Below the pieces are notes generated by a model, which made no database searches, was not told the DNA's origin, and saw nothing but the letters and a program-made list of their open reading frames with translations. From the NCBI RefSeq assembly GCF_000007145.1, contig NC_003902.1, positions 3,956,497 through 3,988,496 on the forward strand: DNA of 32,000 nucleotides. The letters run 5' to 3'. This DNA is from Xanthomonas campestris pv. campestris str. ATCC 33913 (GTDB lineage Bacteria; Pseudomonadota; Gammaproteobacteria; Xanthomonadales; Xanthomonadaceae). Made by a program: the position numbers and the translations under genes. Shown here in pieces: positions 17,998 through 27,648 of the stretch (its first letter is position 1; every line of letters begins with the position of its first letter).

Positions 17998-20900
17998 GTG
18001 CGTTCCTCTGCTGTTGTGCCGCGCCCGCTGCACCTGTTGCGCCCTGTTGCGCTTGCCCTGGCGGTCGCGACCGCGCTCCCGGCTGCTGCCGCCGATGGGT
18101 TCTTCGCCTCCTTCGATACGCACGAGCGCGACCTTGTCGCTGATCGTGCCAATGCGCTGCAGGTCGCGATCGGCAGCGGCCCGGACGCGCCGTATGCCGC
18201 CAAACATCATGCCGGCTACAGCGGCGCGCACGCACTGCATTACAGCAGCCAGGGAGGCGCGGGGCGGCGGACGTTGTTTACGACCGATCACTTGATCGAT
18301 GCCGACACCACGCTGTCGTGGATGGTCTTGCCCGAAAGCGTGGGTGATGACCATGTCAGCTCTACGTATGTGTCGCTGGATCTGCTGCTGGACGACGGGA
18401 GCCGGCTGTCGGCCAGCAACGCGCTGGACCAGCACGGTGTGGCGATCGGCGCAGCCGCGCACGGCGCTTCCAAGACCTTGTACCCGCAGCAGTGGGCACG
18501 CAAGGCGGTAAGGCTGAGCGATGTTGCCGGGTTGCGCGGGCGACGCATCACCGCCATCGCGCTGGAAGTGGCGCCACAGGGCGGCGCGCCGGTGAGTGGC
18601 TGGCTCGACGATATCGCCATTGCCGAAATCCCGCGCGTGGCGCCCGCACGGCCGTCGGACTGGGTGCTGACCACCCGCGGTACGCAGTCCAATGGCACGT
18701 TTTCGCGCGGCAATAATTTCCCCGCCACGGCGGTGCCGCATGGGTTCAACTTCTGGACCCCGGCAACTGACGCCGGCACGTTGGGTTGGCTGTATCGCTG
18801 GAACGAACACAACGGTGCCGACAACCGCCCGCGCCTGCAGGCGTTGTCGCTCAGTCACCAGCCCAGCCCGTGGATGGGCGACCGCCAGACCTTCCAGGTG
18901 ATGCCGTCCAAACACAGCGGCGCGCCGGAAGCGGACCGCGTCAAACGCGCGCTGGCGTTTTCGCACGCCAACGAAGTGGCCAGGCCGTATCGCTACGCAG
19001 TGCAGCTGGACAACGGCATCCAGGCCGAGATCGCCCCCACCGATCACGCGGCGCTGTTCCGCTTCCGCTTTCCACCCGGAGGCGATGCCAACCTGCTGTT
19101 CGACAACGTGGATGCACGCGGTGGGCTGACCCTGGATGCGGCCACGCAAACGCTCTCGGGCTATACCGATGTGCGCAGCGGCCTGTCCACCGGCGCGACG
19201 CGCATGTACGTGTACGCCCGCTTCGATACGCCATGGAAGGCGAGCGGCCGCAGCGACACCGGCCGGCCGACGGGCTGGATCAAGTTCGCTGCAGGCAGCA
19301 CGCGCGAAGTGCAGATGCGCATCGCCACGTCGCTGATCTCGCTGGAACAGGCCAAGCACAACCTGGCCCTGGAGATCGCGCCACAGGACTCGCTGGAGCG
19401 CGTGGCTGCGCGTGCGCAGGACGCATGGGATGCGCTGCTTGGGCGGGTCGAAGTGGCGGACGCCAGCGACGATCAGCGCACCACGCTGTATTCCAATCTG
19501 TACCGGCTGCATCTGTACCCGAACTCCGCGCACGAGAATGCCGGCAGCGCCAGCGCGCCGGACTGGCGCTATGCCAGCCAGAACAGCTGGTCCGACGAAG
19601 CCACCGATGGCAGCGCCGTGCGCAGCTTTGCGCCGATCCGCGACGGCCGTGTCTACGTCAACAACGGGCTGTGGGATACGTTCCGCACCGCGTGGCCTGC
19701 CTATGCGCTGTTTGCACCCGAGGCCGGCGCGCTGGTGCAAGGATTTCTGGAGCAGGCGCGTGCCGGCGGCTGGGTGGCGCGCTGGTCCTCGCCGGGTTAC
19801 GCCGACCTGATGGTGGGCACCAGTTCGGATGTGGCCTTTGCCGATGCCTGGCGCAAGGGCGTGCAAGGGTTCGATCCGGCCGAGGCCTACGCCGCCGCGT
19901 TGAAGAACGCCACCGTGGTGCCGCCCGACCGGCACGTGGGGCGCAAGGGCATGGCCCGTTCCACCTTCCGCGGCTATGCCGATACCGACACGCACGAGGG
20001 CATGTCGTGGTCGATGGAAGGCGCGCTCAACGACTTCGGGATTGCGGGCATGGCCGATGCGCTCGCACAACAGACGCCGGACGCCGTAGCGCGTGAGCGC
20101 TATGCCACCGAGGCGCTGTATTTCCGCCACCGCGCCGCTGGCTACGCGGCGCTGTTCGACCCGGCAATCGGCTTCTTCCAGGGCCGTACGCCCGATGGCG
20201 GCTGGCGCCTGGATGCCGCGCACTACGATCCACGCGAATGGGGCAACGATTACACCGAATCCAGCGGCTGGACCTTTGCCTTCACCGCACCACACGATGG
20301 CGAGGGCCTGGCCGCGCTGTATGGCGGACGCGATGCGCTGGCGACCAAGCTGGATACGTTCTTTGCGACGCCGGAAACGGCACAGGCCGCGCTTTCCGGC
20401 TCGTATCGCGGCGTGATCCATGAGATGACCGAAGCGCGCGATGTGCGCATGGGCATGTACGCGCATAGCAATCAGACCGCGCACCACATCCCGTGGATGT
20501 ATCTGTACGCCGGCCAGCCGTGGAAGACCCAGCAGCTGACGCGCGAGATCCTGGCACGGCTGTATCTGGGCGGCGAGATCGGCCAGGGCTATGCCGGCGA
20601 CGAAGACAACGGCGAGATGTCGGCATGGTATCTGTTCGCCGCGCTCGGGATGTATCCGTTGCGCATGGGTGCGCCGGAGTATGTGATCGGCTCGCCGCTG
20701 TTCACGCATGCCAGCGTGCAGCTGCCCAATGGCCGCACGCTCACGGTCAACGCGCCGCAGAATTCGCCGCGCAACGTGTATGTGCAATCGCTCAAGGTCA
20801 ACGGCAAGCCGTGGCGCAAGACCTGGTTGCCGCATGCCGACATCGCCGAGGGCGCAACGCTGGACTTCGTCATGGGCCCGCGCCCGTCACGCTGGGGCAC

Positions 20901-21123
20901 GGATGGGGATGCGGCGCCACCGTCACTGACGCCACCGGGCCAGCACCCTGCGCCGTTGCAGGATCTGCTGGGCACGCGCGCGCGCATCACGCGGGACGAT
21001 GGCGGCGCGGTGGACGCATTGCACGACGACGATGCGGCAACGATGGCCACGCTGTCGTCCACGTCTGCGGTCACGGTGAGCGGCATCGACGCCGGCACGC
21101 CGACGCTATATAGTCGCCCCTGA
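17998..21123 (+). pseudogene. GH92-family alpha-mannosidase (N-terminal beta-sandwich plus GH92 domains), truncated at its 3' end by an IS insertion
   Basis: This is ORF 17725..21123(+). A signal-like segment (VRSSAVVPRPLHLLRPVALALAVATALPAAAA) starts at the GTG at 17998, 9 nt after a GGGAGA; the ATG at 17938 is an alternative start. GH92-like blocks include GNNFPATAVPHGFNFWTP, LSHQPSPWMGD and GDEDNGEMSAWY. The last codons, S-R-P-stop, come from the IS terminal repeat. Confidence 0.85.
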
Positions 21124-22624
21124 AAAACCCCCTTCAAGCACCAAGTGTCATCGGCGACAGCGGCACGGCGCTAAAGGATGGCCATCCCATCGCCCGCATC
21201 CAGGCACGCAAAAACGCGATCCAGCGCAGCAGCCAGCGCAGGTTGTAGCCGGCGGCGCAGCCGAGTACGTGCAGCGCATCGCCTTGTGCACCTTTCAGCC
21301 TGCAGCGACGCAACCTGCAGTCGTCTTTCAGATGTCCGATCACCGGTTCCACCGCCTGCCGTCGTTTGATCCAGCGCCATTGCCGTCGCGTCAGCGTCTT
21401 GGCCTTGCCACGATGGAGCACCTGCACGCCATCGACCTCGCGCCCGCGATAGCCCAGGTCCACGATCGCCACCGTCGGTTCTACGCTCAGATCCTGCAGC
21501 AACCCGCGTGTCTGCTCCAGCTGCTCGGCCAAGGTGTCGCCGTCGTACGGGTTGCCCGGGAAGCTACGCGCACCCACGACCAATCCCTTGCAGGCGGTGA
21601 CCGCAATGCCGACCTTGACGCCGAATTCGTACGCTTGACGCGCCTTGCCCTTACCGATGCATTCCACTTCCGGGGCATGCAATGCGTACAGTTTTTGTTT
21701 GTCCTTCGGACGCTGCGTGTACAGCCGTTGCGCACGTTCCAGCCAGACCGCGATGCGCTCGCGCACGCCGGGTTCCACCTGGTCCAGCTTGCGCGCGATA
21801 TCGCGCAACACCCGCCCCAAGACCGTGCGTTGACGTCGCAGCACGCGCTGCATGCGCTTGAACTGGCGTGCATGCGCATAGCGGCCCGCCTTGCGGCTCA
21901 GGGCCGGACCTTGCCGTGCGTAGCTCTGCCGCAACCCGATGCCGTAACGCTTGGCCAGCAGCACCAGTTTCTTGCGTGCCACCTCCAGCAACCGACTATC
22001 GGTCGGATAGGCAATCGCCTTTTCCTGCACCGTGGTGTCCACGATCACCCGCGACAACTCGCGTGCGTCCACCGCCTGCATGGCATGTGCAGCGTTGATG
22101 GTGTGTGCCAGCAACTCTTCCATCCCCGCTTCGTCAAGCCGCTGACGCCAGCGCGTCAGCGAGCTGGCATCGCACGGCAAGCGCGTCTGGAACACGACCT
22201 CGCCAGTGAAAAACTGCCAATACGGATTTTCCAGCCAACGCTCGCACACCGCCTCATCGGACAGGTCGTAGGCGTGTTTGAGGTAGAGCAAACCGGCGAT
22301 CAGCCGCACCGGCAATGCCGGCCGACCGCCACCAGCCTGGGTGGCCGGCAAGCGCGATGAAAGTGCTTGCTCCAACGCCGTCCACGGCATCCGTTGGCTC
22401 AGCTGCGCCAGCGGATGCCGCAGATCGATCTGGTTCTCCAGGCGCGAACGAAACAACTCCTCGGCAGGCATGTGCTCGGCAGCAGGACGGCGTGTATGCA
22501 TGAGTGGAAATTGCCAGAAACCAGCCTTCAGCGTAGCGAAAACTGGTAGTTCTGGCACGCCACTGCAGACATCAAGGCCTTGCGGGCGTTGGGTGATTGG
22601 GGGTTTTTCAGGGGCGACTATATA
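21107..22624 (-). mobile_element. Intact IS5-superfamily insertion sequence (about 1.51 kb) with perfect terminal inverted repeats and a TA-rich target duplication
   Basis: 21107-21132 (TATATAGTCGCCCCTGAAAAACCCCC) is the exact reverse complement of 22599-22624. The palindromic TATATA makes the IR/TSD boundary ambiguous (2-, 4- or 6-bp duplication). The span between homologous flank positions is 1512 bp. One transposase ORF fills the element. Confidence 0.9.
21134..22558 (-). CDS. IS5-family DDE transposase (InsH-like N-terminal domain plus DDE domain)
   Basis: The ORF is 474 aa. It contains LFRSRLENQIDLRHPL...LPVRLIAGLLYLKHAYDLSDEAVCERWLENPYWQFFTG and IVDTTVQEKAIAYPTDSRLL. The start may instead be M20 (22501) or M30 (22471). 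Confidence 0.9.
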   Translation of the reverse strand: MPELPVFATLKAGFWQFPLMHTRRPAAEHMPAEELFRSRLENQIDLRHPLAQLSQRMPWTALEQALSSRLPATQAGGGRPALPVRLIAGLLYLKHAYDLSDEAVCERWLENPYWQFFTGEVVFQTRLPCDASSLTRWRQRLDEAGMEELLAHTINAAHAMQAVDARELSRVIVDTTVQEKAIAYPTDSRLLEVARKKLVLLAKRYGIGLRQSYARQGPALSRKAGRYAHARQFKRMQRVLRRQRTVLGRVLRDIARKLDQVEPGVRERIAVWLERAQRLYTQRPKDKQKLYALHAPEVECIGKGKARQAYEFGVKVGIAVTACKGLVVGARSFPGNPYDGDTLAEQLEQTRGLLQDLSVEPTVAIVDLGYRGREVDGVQVLHRGKAKTLTRRQWRWIKRRQAVEPVIGHLKDDCRLRRCRLKGAQGDALHVLGCAAGYNLRWLLRWIAFLRAWMRAMGWPSFSAVPLSPMTLGA

Positions 22625-22869
22625 CCCTCACCAGCGGCAACGCGGCGATTACCAACGGCGGGTGGACCCTGGAGGCGCGTACCGGGAGTGGTCACTGGAC
22701 GGTGATTGATCAACGTCGCGATGAGATGTTCCGCTGGCCCCTGCAGACGCGGCCCTTCCGGATTGCCGCGCCGGGTGCGTACACGGACTACCGGCTGCGT
22801 GTGAGCACACTCAAGCCGGTGCAGTTGGCGGAGATCGAATTGCTGCGTGCGGCGCCGGCCTCGCCGTGA
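22621..22869 (+). pseudogene. Detached 3' fragment of the GH92 gene encoding an F5/8 type C (discoidin/CBM32-like) domain
   Basis: It is in the same codon phase as the upstream part once the IS is removed. The fragment reads YTLTSGNAAITNGGWTLEARTGSGHWTVIDQRRDEMFRWPLQTRPFRIAAPGAYTDYRLRV. The TTG that opens ORF 22597 lies inside the IS repeat. Confidence 0.75.
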
Positions 22870-23068
22870 GGGTTTGACGAAGCGCGCGTGCGGGCGGCGC
22901 AGTGCGTACTGACATGCTGGCCTGATAGCGACGACCAGGCGTGCCGGGCGGGTGCCGCGTTGTCGCGTGCTTGAAATGTTGCGCTGACTGTTTGAGCTTG
23001 CGCACGTGCAGGCAGACCGCGGTCGCTCTGCAACTCGTCCGAATGCTCGCTCATTGCTTTACGTGCGT

Positions 23069-23104
23069 GCCCTAACCCGAACCCTTCTCTCGCCGGGAGA
23101 GGGC
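23069..23104. repeat. GC-rich palindromic intergenic element (GCCCTAACCCGAACCCTTCTCTCGCCGGGAGAGGGC)
   Basis: A CCCT(T)CTCTC / GGGAGAGGG hairpin is preceded by a CCCTAACCC-type arm. It resembles the CCCTCTCC...GGAGAGGG intergenic repeats common in high-GC proteobacteria. Confidence 0.45.
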
Positions 23105-23255
23105 TTTCAGCCAAGTCGGCAGGCTTACGATAACGAGTGACTGGCCACCACTGATGCGCAGCGGATAGCGCATCAAAGGCCGTTGTTCGTGATCGCCTTA
23201 CTCAAATAACAGTTGCGCCAGCTTTTCGCATCGGCAAGTGCTTCAGCGCGATAGT

Positions 23256-23286
23256 CCCGTAGGAGCGCGCTTGCGCGCGATAGGGC
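23256..23286. repeat. REP-type element CCGTAGGAGCGCGCTTGCGCGCGATAGGGC
   Basis: It belongs to the same family as 28-50, in the opposite orientation, with a GCGCGC-TT-GCGCGC palindromic core. Confidence 0.6.
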
Positions 23287-23493
23287 TCTACCAATAACAC
23301 TCAAATTTTTTGTCGAACAGATGCTCTAACGATTTATTCCAGCCTAATTGCTCAAGCTGTTTGCTCGAATGGTCTGCGTTAGCGGCTTGCCGTAAAGACT
23401 TGCTTCCACCGCTTTGCTGCCAGCGCCTTCGCCTGTAGACGCCCTTGCATCCACAACGTTCGAACCTGCACCCGCAATTGGCGTTATCGATAA

Positions 23494-23517
23494 CCGAGGC
23501 GTCACTCAACGCCTCGG
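23494..23517 (-). terminator. Candidate terminator of maeB
   Basis: CCGAGGCG-N8-CGCCTCGG lies 17 nt after the maeB stop codon. On the minus strand it is followed by TTATCGAT, which is a weak U tract. Confidence 0.5.
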
Positions 23518-23534
23518 TCACCAACGCTACAGCA

Positions 23535-25844
23535 TCAGCCGCCGTTCTTCTCGGCGTTGTGCTTCTCGGCATCACGCTGCTTGCGGATCTGCGCATCCAC
23601 CGCAGCAATCGCGGTCATGTTCATCACCCGGCGCGAAGTGGCGCTGGTGGTGAGGATGTGCACCGGCTTGGAGATGCCCATCAGGATCGGGCCGATCGCC
23701 ACGCCGTCGGTGAACACGCGCACCAGGTTGTAGGCGATGTTGGCCGCTTCCAGGTTGGGCAGCACGAACAGGTTGGCGCGGCCCTTGAGCGTGCTGTTGG
23801 GCATGATCTGCTTGCGCAGCGCTTCGTCCCAGGCGGTGTCGCCCTGCATTTCGCCGTCGATGTTGAGCTCGGGCTTGCGCTTGAGCAGGGCTTCGCGCAC
23901 TTCGCGCATCTTCAGGGCGTCACGCGAATCGTGGCTACCGAAGTTGGAATGCGACAGCAGCGCGATGTTGGGCTCGATGCCGAACAATTTCAGGCGGTAC
24001 GCGGCCTGCAAGGTGGCTTCGACCACCTGCTCCACGGTGGGGTCTTCCTGCACGTGCGTATCCAGGAAGAAGAACATGCCCTGCTGGTTGATCACGCCGG
24101 TCATGGCCGAGGTGGAACTCACGCGCGGTTCCAGCGGAATCACGCTGCGCGCGTAGCCCAGTTTCTTGTGGAAGCGCCCCACCACGCCCGACAGCATCGC
24201 GTCGGCTTCGCCGCGCGCCACCATCACTGCGGCAATCAGGGTCGGCCGCGAGCGCATCAGTTCCTTGGCCGCGGTCACGGTCACGCCACGGCGCTCGGTG
24301 AGCGCGTAGTAGTACTGCCAGTAATCGTTGAAGCGCGGGTCGTCGTGGATGTTGGTGATCTCGAAATCTTCACCGGCACGGATGCGCAGCCCCATGCGCT
24401 GGATACGCGCCTCGATGACGTCCGGGCGGCCGATCAGGATCGGCAGCGCCAGGCCTTCGTCGATGACGTTCTGCACCGCACGCAGCACCACTTCTTCTTC
24501 GCCTTCGGCATACACCACGCGCTGCTTGTCGGCGCGCGCGCGGTCGTAGACCGGCTTCATCATCAAGCTGGTGCGGTAGACGAACTGGCTGAGCCGGTCG
24601 CGGTAGGCCGCCATGTCGGCGATCGGGCGCGTGGCCACGCCCGAATCCATCGCCGCCTGCGCCACCGCCGAGGACAGCTCCACCAGCAGGCGCGGGTCCA
24701 ACGGACGCGGAATCAGGTATTCCGGGCCGAAGCTCGGGGTTTCGCCACCATAGGCCGCGCCCAGGTCGGAGGCCTCGCGCCGCGCCATCGCCGCAATCGC
24801 CTTGACGCAGGCGATTTTCATGTCTTCGTTGATGCCGGTAGCGCCCACGTCCAGCGCGCCGCGGAACAGGTAGGGGAAGCACAGCACGTTGTTGATCTGG
24901 TTCGGGTAGTCCGAACGGCCGGTGCCGATGATGCAATCCGGCCGCACCGCCTTGGCCGCTTCCGGGGTGATTTCCGGGTTGGGGTTGGCCAGCGCGAAGA
25001 TCACCGGCTGGCGCGCCATGGTGGCGACCATTTCCGGCTTGAGGATGCCGGCCGCCGACAGGCCCAGGAAGATGTCGGCACCTTCGACGATTTCGGCCAG
25101 GGTGCGCTTGTCGGTGTCGCGCGCGTAGCGCTGCTTGTCCGGGTCCAGATCGGTGCGGCCGGTGTGGATCACGCCATCGCGGTCCAGCGCCAGGATGTTC
25201 TCCGACTTCAGGCCCAGCGAGACCAGCATGTTGACGCACGAGATCCCTGCCGCGCCCATGCCGGTGGTGGCCAGCTTGACGTCTTCGATCTTCTTGCCGG
25301 TGACCACCAGCGCATTGAGTACCGCCGCGCCGACGATGATGGCAGTGCCGTGCTGGTCGTCATGGAACACCGGGATGTTCATGCGCTCGCGCAGCTTGCG
25401 CTCGACGATGAAGCACTCCGGCGCCTTGATGTCTTCCAGGTTGATGCCGCCGAAGGTCGGCTCCAGGCTGGCGATGATGTCCACCAGCTTGTCCGGATCG
25501 TTCTCGTTGATCTCGATGTCGAACACGTCGATGCCGGCGAACTTCTGGAACAGCACGCCCTTGCCTTCCATCACCGGCTTGGAGGCCAGCGGACCGATGT
25601 TGCCCAGGCCCAGCACCGCGGTGCCGTTGGTGATCACCGCCACCAGATTGCCGCGCGCGGTGAGCTCGCTGGCCTGGGTGGCGTCCTCGACGATGGCCTC
25701 GCAGGCGAAGGCCACGCCAGGCGAATACGCCAGCGACAGATCGCGCTGGGTCAGCATCGGCTTGGTCGCAGTGACCTTGATCTTGCCGGCCGGCTGCTGG
25801 CGGTGATAGTCGAGGGCGGCCTGTTTGAAGTCGTCGTTAGACAT
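23535..25844 (-). CDS. maeB: NADP-dependent malic enzyme (malic enzyme domain plus a phosphate-acetyltransferase-like C-terminal domain)
   Basis: ORF 23535..25862(-) begins with a TTG, so the ATG at 25844 ([14 protein letters not shown]) is preferred. Motifs include [22 protein letters not shown] and [10 protein letters not shown]. Its length is typical of MaeB. Confidence 0.95.
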   Translation of the reverse strand: MSNDDFKQAALDYHRQQPAGKIKVTATKPMLTQRDLSLAYSPGVAFACEAIVEDATQASELTARGNLVAVITNGTAVLGLGNIGPLASKPVMEGKGVLFQKFAGIDVFDIEINENDPDKLVDIIASLEPTFGGINLEDIKAPECFIVERKLRERMNIPVFHDDQHGTAIIVGAAVLNALVVTGKKIEDVKLATTGMGAAGISCVNMLVSLGLKSENILALDRDGVIHTGRTDLDPDKQRYARDTDKRTLAEIVEGADIFLGLSAAGILKPEMVATMARQPVIFALANPNPEITPEAAKAVRPDCIIGTGRSDYPNQINNVLCFPYLFRGALDVGATGINEDMKIACVKAIAAMARREASDLGAAYGGETPSFGPEYLIPRPLDPRLLVELSSAVAQAAMDSGVATRPIADMAAYRDRLSQFVYRTSLMMKPVYDRARADKQRVVYAEGEEEVVLRAVQNVIDEGLALPILIGRPDVIEARIQRMGLRIRAGEDFEITNIHDDPRFNDYWQYYYALTERRGVTVTAAKELMRSRPTLIAAVMVARGEADAMLSGVVGRFHKKLGYARSVIPLEPRVSSTSAMTGVINQQGMFFFLDTHVQEDPTVEQVVEATLQAAYRLKLFGIEPNIALLSHSNFGSHDSRDALKMREVREALLKRKPELNIDGEMQGDTAWDEALRKQIMPNSTLKGRANLFVLPNLEAANIAYNLVRVFTDGVAIGPILMGISKPVHILTTSATSRRVMNMTAIAAVDAQIRKQRDAEKHNAEKNGG

Positions 25845-25954
25845 CGGCTGTGTAGGTCTCAAGGGCGCAGAAGAGCTGAATTCTACCCTCCTGCCTGAAC
25901 AAGGGCCTGTCGCGCAGCTGTCAGCGCGGCAGGAAGATCGGTTGCTGCAACGCG

Positions 25955-26001
25955 AAAACGGCCCTGCATCCCGCCGGGATATCAGCGGAATACAGGGCCG
26001 T
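25955..26001 (-). terminator. Candidate terminator or attenuating nested hairpin between dctA and maeB
   Basis: ACGGCCCTG (25958-25966) pairs with CAGGGCCGT (25993-26001). This encloses an inner ATCCC-GCC-GGGAT hairpin. On the minus strand it is followed by TTTTCG. Confidence 0.45.
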
Positions 26002-26009
26002 AGGAAGCA

Positions 26010-27356
26010 TCAGCGTGCGCTGACCGGCGCGACTGCGTCCGGCGGCGGCACCGGTGCCTGCAGCGGCGGCGCACGGCCGTCCAAGGCCAGGCTCAACTGG
26101 TCACGGTCCAGCGCATTTTCCCAACGCGACACCACCACCGTGGCCACCGCATTGCCGATGAAGTTGGTCAGCGAGCGGCACTCGCTCATGAAGCGGTCCA
26201 CGCCCAGGATCAGCGCCATGCCCGCCACCGGCACATCCGGCACCACCGACAGCGTGGCCGCAAGCGTAATGAAGCCGGCGCCGGTCACGCCGGCCGCGCC
26301 CTTGGAGCTGAGCATCGCCACCGCCAGCAAGGTGATCTGCTGGCCGAGGGTGAGGTCGACATTGGTGGCCTGGGCGATGAACAGCGCCGCCAGGGTCATG
26401 TAGATGTTGGTGCCGTCCAGGTTGAACGAGTAGCCGGTCGGCACGACCAGGCCCACCACCGACTTCTCGCAGCCGGCCTTTTCCATCTTCTCCATCAGCG
26501 ACGGCAATGCCGATTCCGACGAGGAGGTGCCCAGCACCAGCAGCAGCTCGGCCTTGAGGTAGCGGATCAGCTTGAGCACCGAAAAGCCGCACAACCGGCA
26601 CACGATGCCCAGGATCACCAGCACGAAGAACAGCGAGGTCAGGTAAAACGAGCCCACCAGCCAGGCCAGGTTGACCAGCGATTCCACGCCGTACTTGCCG
26701 ATGGTGAAAGCGATTGCACCGAATGCACCGATCGGCGCGGCCTTCATCAGCATGTGCACCAGGCGGAACACCGGGGCGGTGAGCGCTTCCAGGAAGCTCA
26801 GCACCGGGCGGCCACGCTCGCCCACCAGGGCCAGCGCGATGCCGAACAGCACCGCCACGAACAGCACCTGCAGGATGTTGCCATCGACGAATGCGCTGAT
26901 CAGCGTGGCCGGGATGATGTCCATCAAAAAGCCGACCAGGCTCAGCTCGTGCGATTTCTGCACGTAGGTGTTGACCGCGCTCTGGTCCAGCTCGGCCGGG
27001 TTGATGTTCATGCCGGCGCCCGGCTGCACCACGTGCGCCACCACCATGCCGACGATCAACGCCAGCGTGGAGAAGAACAGGAAATAGGTCATCGACTTGG
27101 CGAAGACCCGGCCCACCGTCTTGAGGTGGGTCATGCCGGCGATGCCGGTGACGATGGTCAGGAAGATCACCGGCGCGATGATCATCTTCACCAGCTTGAT
27201 GAAGGCATCGCCGAGTGGCTTGAGGCTTTCGGCGAAGGCCGGCTCGAAATGGCCCAGCAGGGCGCCAAGAACGATCGCCACCACCACCTGGAAATACAAC
27301 TGGCGGTAGAAGGGGACAGGCGCCGGCAGGGGGCCGGCAGGCTTGCTGATGTGCAT
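26010..27356 (-). CDS. dctA: C4-dicarboxylate:cation symporter
   Basis: This is ORF 26010..27428(-). The DctA-like sequence runs from MHISKPAG...[22 protein letters not shown] (ATG at 27356) and includes [15 protein letters not shown] and SSSESALP. Confidence 0.9.
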   Translation of the reverse strand: MHISKPAGPLPAPVPFYRQLYFQVVVAIVLGALLGHFEPAFAESLKPLGDAFIKLVKMIIAPVIFLTIVTGIAGMTHLKTVGRVFAKSMTYFLFFSTLALIVGMVVAHVVQPGAGMNINPAELDQSAVNTYVQKSHELSLVGFLMDIIPATLISAFVDGNILQVLFVAVLFGIALALVGERGRPVLSFLEALTAPVFRLVHMLMKAAPIGAFGAIAFTIGKYGVESLVNLAWLVGSFYLTSLFFVLVILGIVCRLCGFSVLKLIRYLKAELLLVLGTSSSESALPSLMEKMEKAGCEKSVVGLVVPTGYSFNLDGTNIYMTLAALFIAQATNVDLTLGQQITLLAVAMLSSKGAAGVTGAGFITLAATLSVVPDVPVAGMALILGVDRFMSECRSLTNFIGNAVATVVVSRWENALDRDQLSLALDGRAPPLQAPVPPPDAVAPVSAR

Positions 27357-27648
27357 GACACCACTCCGAGGGAACTTGGAGGGCGCCTGAGCCAGGCACC
27401 CGGTGCAGGCATTCTGGCCGCACGTCACAGCCCGGGCCGATAACCCATTGGTACTACGCGCTGGGCGTTGCGTGAACCTGGTCTTACACTTCAGCCACGC
27501 GCCCCTCGGCCGTTAATTCCGTTTAACGCAGACACCGACTTTCTGTGCTGTTGGCCGTCCCGGACCCTGCGCGGTTCATGAAGCTGTTCATTGCGCTCGC
27601 CATGGCAGGACGCCCGGCCCCTACTTTTCCTCGCCGAAGATCATTCCT

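Noticed and set aside
17656-20835. A 1059-aa ORF runs antisense to the GH92 gene. Similar very long antisense ORFs occur at 5497..7332 (opposite the GGDEF gene), 23445..25898 (opposite maeB), 27523..28785 (opposite the porin), 28847..30931 (opposite the kinase), 8712..9545 (opposite TetR), 9494..10498 (opposite the pcm-like gene), 790..1707 (opposite leuB) and 12548..13654 (overlapping waaA on the same strand in a different frame).
   Set aside because: Stop-poor mirror or shifted frames are expected at about 65% GC. Their translations are Arg/Ala/Gly/His-rich low-complexity strings with no recognisable motifs. The other frame in each case carries clear family motifs and the high-GC3 codon pattern.
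22597-22620. The TTG start of ORF 22597..22869 might suggest an independent gene for the discoidin fragment.
   Set aside because: The first 8 codons lie inside the IS terminal inverted repeat. The ORF is simply the displaced 3' end of the GH92 gene read through from the IS end.
22788-23114. A 108-aa minus-strand ORF overlaps the GH92 tail and a palindromic repeat element.
   Set aside because: It begins inside the CCCTTCTCTC/GGGAGAGGG repeat and overlaps the discoidin-domain fragment antisense. It has no motifs and mixed codon usage.
23288-23608. A 106-aa ORF lies on the minus strand downstream of maeB.
   Set aside because: Its 5' part overlaps the maeB 3' end and runs through the maeB terminator hairpin. 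No ATG, GTG or TTG lies in frame after the hairpin. Only the AT-rich tail looks gene-like, so I treat it as a possible gene remnant.
27405-27421. A sigma54-like promoter string lies upstream of dctA. On the minus strand it reads GGCCAGAATGCCTGCA.
   Set aside because: The GG-to-GC spacing is one nucleotide longer than the strict -24/-12 geometry, and the -24 element is GGCC rather than GGCAC. It is not enough to call. No DctD-type activator is present in the window.
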